Made by a program: the position numbers and the translations under genes. Shown one piece after another: positions 59,343-64,000 of a DNA stretch of 64,000 nt. Source of the DNA: Sulfuritalea sp. (GTDB lineage Bacteria; Pseudomonadota; Gammaproteobacteria; Burkholderiales; Rhodocyclaceae); contig JBIJDJ010000001.1 of assembly GCA_044344175.1 (NCBI GenBank), positions 114 through 64,113 on the forward strand. The letters run 5' to 3'. The notes beneath the pieces were generated by a model that searched no databases, was not told where the DNA came from, and was given only the letters and a program-made list of their open reading frames with translations. How positions within the stretch are numbered: the first letter of the stretch is position 1; each line of letters begins with the position of its first letter.

Positions 59343-60875
59343 ATGAACCAGTCCCTGCCCATCGCCAGGAGCGGCGAGATCGAGCTCGTCCTGCTGTCGC
59401 AGCTTGCCAACCGTCACGGCCTGATCACCGGCGCCACCGGTACCGGCAAGACGGTGACCCTGCAGCGCATGGCCGAGCAGTTGTCACTGGCCGGCGTGCC
59501 GGTATTCCTTGCCGACGCCAAGGGTGACCTGTCCGGCCTCGGCGCTGCCGGCGCGGCCTCCGAAAAATTGCAGAAGCGGCTGGATAATCTTGGCATCAAG
59601 GATTGGCAGCCACAGGCCAGCCCCGTGATGTTCTGGGATGTGTTCGGCGCGTCGGGTCATCCGGTGCGCGCCACGATTTCCGACATGGGGCCGCTCTTGC
59701 TCGGGCGCTTGCTTAACCTCAACGATACGCAGGGCGGCGTGCTGCAGATCGTATTCAGCGTCGCCGACGACCAGGGCCTGCTGCTGCTCGATCTGAAGGA
59801 CTTGCGCGCCATGGTCCAGCATGTCGGAGAGAACGCGGCCAAATACAAGACCCAGTACGGCAATGTCTCGGCGGCCTCGATCGGCGCCATCCAGCGTGGC
59901 CTGCTGACGCTGGAAGAGCAGGGCGGTACCAGCTTCTTCGGCGAGCCGATGCTCGACATCGAAGACCTGATGCAAACCCAGGATGGCCGCGGCGTGATCA
60001 ACGTGCTGGCGGCCGACAAGCTGATTAATTCGCCGCGACTCTACGGCTGCTTCCTGCTCTGGCTGCTGTCTGAACTGTTCGAGCAACTGCCCGAGGCCGG
60101 CGACCTGCCCAAGCCGAAGCTGGCCTTCTTTTTCGATGAAGCCCACCTGCTGTTCAGCGACGCGCCGCCGGCCTTGCTGGAGAAAGTCGAGCAGGTCGTG
60201 CGCCTGATCCGCTCGAAAGGCGTCGGCGTGTATTTCGTCACGCAAAACCCGCTGGATATTCCCGACGCGGTGCTCGGCCAGCTCGGCAACCGCGTGCAGC
60301 ATGCGCTGCGCGCATTCACGCCGCGCGACCAGAAGGCGGTCAAGGCGGCCGCCGATACCCTGCGCGCCAATCCGGCCTTCGATGCGGCCACGGTAATCAC
60401 CGAACTCGGCGTCGGCGAGGCGCTGGTCTCCTTCCTCGACGAGCAGGGCCGACCGACCGTGGTCGAACGCGGCATGGTGCTGCCGCCCGCTTCGCGCATC
60501 GGACCGATGACGACCGAAGAGCGTAGCGCCGCGATCGCGGCATCGCCGATCGCGGGGCATTACGAGAAGCTGCTCGACCGCGAATCCGCCTATGAAAAAC
60601 TGCAGGGCGCAGCGAATCAGAATGGCGTCGGCGCTGCCCCGGAAGTCGGTGCTGGCGACACGGCGACTCCGGCAGGCGGTGGCTTCTTCGGCGGCCTTGG
60701 CGACACGCTGGGCGGCATGCTCGGCGGTGGTGGAGCACGCAGCACCGGCTCGCGCAGCCGGCAGACGGTGGTCGAAGCGGCGGTCAGCAGCACCGTGCGC
60801 GCCATCGGCTCCTCGCTGGGTCGCGAGATCGTGCGCGGCGTACTCGGCTCGATCATGGGCGGTCGTCGCCGGTGA
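59343..60875 (+). CDS. DUF853/YjgR HerA-like ATPase
   Basis: [25 protein letters not shown] and [12 protein letters not shown]. Confidence 0.92.
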   Translation: MNQSLPIARSGEIELVLLSQLANRHGLITGATGTGKTVTLQRMAEQLSLAGVPVFLADAKGDLSGLGAAGAASEKLQKRLDNLGIKDWQPQASPVMFWDVFGASGHPVRATISDMGPLLLGRLLNLNDTQGGVLQIVFSVADDQGLLLLDLKDLRAMVQHVGENAAKYKTQYGNVSAASIGAIQRGLLTLEEQGGTSFFGEPMLDIEDLMQTQDGRGVINVLAADKLINSPRLYGCFLLWLLSELFEQLPEAGDLPKPKLAFFFDEAHLLFSDAPPALLEKVEQVVRLIRSKGVGVYFVTQNPLDIPDAVLGQLGNRVQHALRAFTPRDQKAVKAAADTLRANPAFDAATVITELGVGEALVSFLDEQGRPTVVERGMVLPPASRIGPMTTEERSAAIAASPIAGHYEKLLDRESAYEKLQGAANQNGVGAAPEVGAGDTATPAGGGFFGGLGDTLGGMLGGGGARSTGSRSRQTVVEAAVSSTVRAIGSSLGREIVRGVLGSIMGGRRR

Positions 60876-61774
60876 TCCTCGCCACCGGCCAGGGTAGCGC
60901 GCATCGCGTCGGAGTTGCCCTGACCGTTGTGGCGGCCTTCGGGTTTTCCTTCAAGGCGATCCTGGTCAAGCTGGCGTATCCGTACGGTGTGGACGCCGTG
61001 ACGCTGCTGGCGCTGCGCATGGCCTTCGCCCTGCCGGTATTTCTCTGGGTCGGTTTTACAGCGTCGCGCAACGCGCCGGCGCTGAGTCTGCGCGACTGGC
61101 TGGTAGTCGCGCTGCTGGGCGTGCTCGGCTACTACGGCGCCAGCATTCTCGACTTTCTCGGCCTCAAGTACATTTCGGCGGGCCTTGAGCGGTTGATCCT
61201 GTTCACCTATCCGACGCTCACGCTGCTGTTCGGCGTGGCGTTGCACGGCCGCGCCATCAGCCGGCGCGAAGGCCTTGCGCTTGTACTGTGCTACGCCGGC
61301 ATTGCAGCCGCATTCGCCCACGATCTGCAATTTGCCGGCGACACGGCGGTGGTGTGGATTGGCGGCGGTTTTGTGTTCGCTTCATCGGTCAGCTATGCGC
61401 TCTACCTTTCCGGCAGCGCCGGCATGATCGCCAGACTCGGTGCGGCGCGCTTCACTGCCTTGGCCATGCTGGTGTCCACCGCCGCCATCGGCGGCCACTT
61501 CCTGGCGACGCAGCCGCTGGCGGCGCTGGTACAGCCGTGGCAGGTGTACGCGCTGGGCGCCGCGATGGGCGTGTTCAGCACGGTGCTGCCGGTATTCGCC
61601 CAGTCGGCGGCGATTCGCCGGATAGGCAGCGGGCAGGCCGCGCTGGTGGGGATGGTGGGACCGCTGCTGACCATCGTCTTCGCCTGGCTGCTGCTCGATG
61701 AAGGGTTTTCAGTTGCGCAGATGATCGGTGCCGCCCTGGTCATCGCTGGCATCGCCACGGTCAGTCGCAGATAG
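60872..61774 (+). CDS. DMT/EamA family transporter
   Basis: FSFKAILVK and [11 protein letters not shown]; multiple TM helices. Confidence 0.9.
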   Translation: MILATGQGSAHRVGVALTVVAAFGFSFKAILVKLAYPYGVDAVTLLALRMAFALPVFLWVGFTASRNAPALSLRDWLVVALLGVLGYYGASILDFLGLKYISAGLERLILFTYPTLTLLFGVALHGRAISRREGLALVLCYAGIAAAFAHDLQFAGDTAVVWIGGGFVFASSVSYALYLSGSAGMIARLGAARFTALAMLVSTAAIGGHFLATQPLAALVQPWQVYALGAAMGVFSTVLPVFAQSAAIRRIGSGQAALVGMVGPLLTIVFAWLLLDEGFSVAQMIGAALVIAGIATVSRR

Positions 61775-61799
61775 CCCCGTTGCGCGTGAACGTTCTGGT

Positions 61800-62627
61800 C
61801 TAGCGGCCCAGACGGCGGCAGATTTCCAGGGTGAGGCCGGCCTGATTCATTGAATAAAAATGCAGACCCGGCGCGCCGCGTGCGATCAGGTGCTGACAGA
61901 GTTCCGTCACCACGTCGAGACCAAACGCCCGGATCGAATCCGCGTCGTCGCCGAAGCCCTCGAACTTGCGCCGCATCCAGCGCGGAATCTCGGCGCCGCA
62001 GGCGTCGGAAAAGCGCGCCAGCTTGGAGAAACTGCCGATCGGCATGATGCCCGGAACGATCGGCACGGCCACGCCGAGCGCCCTCGCCTGATCAACGAAA
62101 TGCTCGTAGGCATCGGCATTGTAGAAGTACTGGGTGATGGCCGAACTGGCGCCGGCATCGACCTTGCGCTTGAAATTCAGCAGGTCTTCGCGCGGGTTCT
62201 TCGCCTGCGGATGCCATTCGGGATAGGCCGCCACCTCGATGTGAAAACGGTCACCGGTTTCGGCGCGGATGAATTCCACCAGTTCGTTGGCATAGCGGAA
62301 CTCGCCGGCGTCGGCCATGCCCGAGGGCAGGTCGCCGCGCAGGGCGACGATGCGGCGGATGCCGCGTTCGCTAAAGGTTGCAAGCATCTCGCGGACACCG
62401 TCGTGGGTCGAGCCGACGCATGACAGGTGTGGAGCGGCGCTATGGCCTGCGGCGGCGATTTCCATCACCGTTGCCAGTGTGCGGTCGCGCGTCGAGCCGC
62501 CCGCACCGTAAGTGACGGAAAAAAACTCGGGCTTCAGTGTCGCAAGCCGGCTCACCGTGGTGCGCAGTTTTTCCATGCCCTCGGCGGTCTGCGGCGGAAA
62601 AAACTCGATGGATAGTTCAAGATTCAT
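61800..62627 (-). CDS. metF: 5,10-methylenetetrahydrofolate reductase
   Basis: SIEFFPP, SVTYGAGGS, LRGD and AITQYF. Confidence 0.95.
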   Translation of the reverse strand: MNLELSIEFFPPQTAEGMEKLRTTVSRLATLKPEFFSVTYGAGGSTRDRTLATVMEIAAAGHSAAPHLSCVGSTHDGVREMLATFSERGIRRIVALRGDLPSGMADAGEFRYANELVEFIRAETGDRFHIEVAAYPEWHPQAKNPREDLLNFKRKVDAGASSAITQYFYNADAYEHFVDQARALGVAVPIVPGIMPIGSFSKLARFSDACGAEIPRWMRRKFEGFGDDADSIRAFGLDVVTELCQHLIARGAPGLHFYSMNQAGLTLEICRRLGR

Positions 62628-62659
62628 TCTGGATTCCTGGATGTTTTTCGGCCACGGCT

Positions 62660-63010
62660 TTACGACTTGGACGGGCTCAGCAACAGTCGCGTCAGCAGCC
62701 ATGAAATCACGCTGTACAGCGTTGAGCCGATGACGCCGGCCATGAAGCTGTCCACCACGAAACCGTCGAGCAACTTCGCCGCCAGCAGAAACATCAGGCC
62801 GTTGATGACGAAGATGAACAGTCCCAGCGTCAACAGCGTGACCGGCAGGGTCAGCAGCAGCAACACTGGCCGGATCACGGCGTTGATCAGGCCCAGCACC
62901 ACTGCCACCCACAAAGCCGTCGCGAAACTCGCGACATGAATCGAGGGCAGCAGATAAGGCAGGGCCAGCAGGGCTGCAGCGTTTATCAGCCAGAAAGCGA
63001 GCAGCCGCAT
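62660..63010 (-). CDS. 4-TM membrane protein (YvlD/'phage holin family')
   Basis: NAVIRPVLLLLTLP..LTLGLF..VING. Confidence 0.85.
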   Translation of the reverse strand: MRLLAFWLINAAALLALPYLLPSIHVASFATALWVAVVLGLINAVIRPVLLLLTLPVTLLTLGLFIFVINGLMFLLAAKLLDGFVVDSFMAGVIGSTLYSVISWLLTRLLLSPSKS

Positions 63011-63047
63011 GCAAATCTCCCTGTGCCGAAAGTCGTGGGTGCCGGGC

Positions 63048-64000
<953 letters not shown>

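Noticed and set aside
59343-60875. HerA-like ATPase as a defence system
   Set aside because: Matches the widespread stand-alone DUF853/YjgR family, with no nuclease or SIR2 partner adjacent
62660-63010. 'Phage holin' as evidence of a prophage
   Set aside because: A housekeeping-associated membrane protein commonly found between ahcY and metF; no phage genes nearby
62628-63014. Apparent 129-aa N-terminal extension of MetF
   Set aside because: Overlaps the YvlD-like gene in another frame; MetF homology begins at MNLELSIEFFPP

Overview
GC-rich betaproteobacterial chromosome segment; a Rhodocyclales/Sterolibacteriaceae-like origin is inferred from gene order and protein style. In order it holds: the 3' end of an O-antigen/polysaccharide cluster (1-9.6 kb), apaH, the aroQ-accBC-prmA operon, mpl, an aa3-type cytochrome c oxidase operon with an upstream FNR box, rpoH with a perfect CIRCE, ftsYEX, two M16 peptidases-rsmD-coaD-ferredoxin, mutM, TPR-lolB-ispE-tRNA-Gln-prs-rplY-pth-ychF, a collapsed sensor pseudogene, trxA, gluQ, the yebC-ruvCAB-ybgC-tolQRAB-pal-cpoB-queE superoperon, DUF853, metF and a partial ahcY. 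Two things stand out. (1) Three glycosyltransferases, two methyltransferases and a DMT transporter are woven into four separate junctions of the conserved ruv/tol-pal operon, including between tolQ and tolR and between ruvC and ruvA. (2) Three families of 90-190 bp structured repeat elements sit at start or stop codons inside housekeeping operons. Several are flanked by short direct repeats containing the start codon, and they either encode mini-ORFs that bridge the upstream stop to the downstream start or fuse in frame as N-terminal extensions. No transposase, integrase or CRISPR array is visible. All calls come from motif and synteny recognition, with no database searches.
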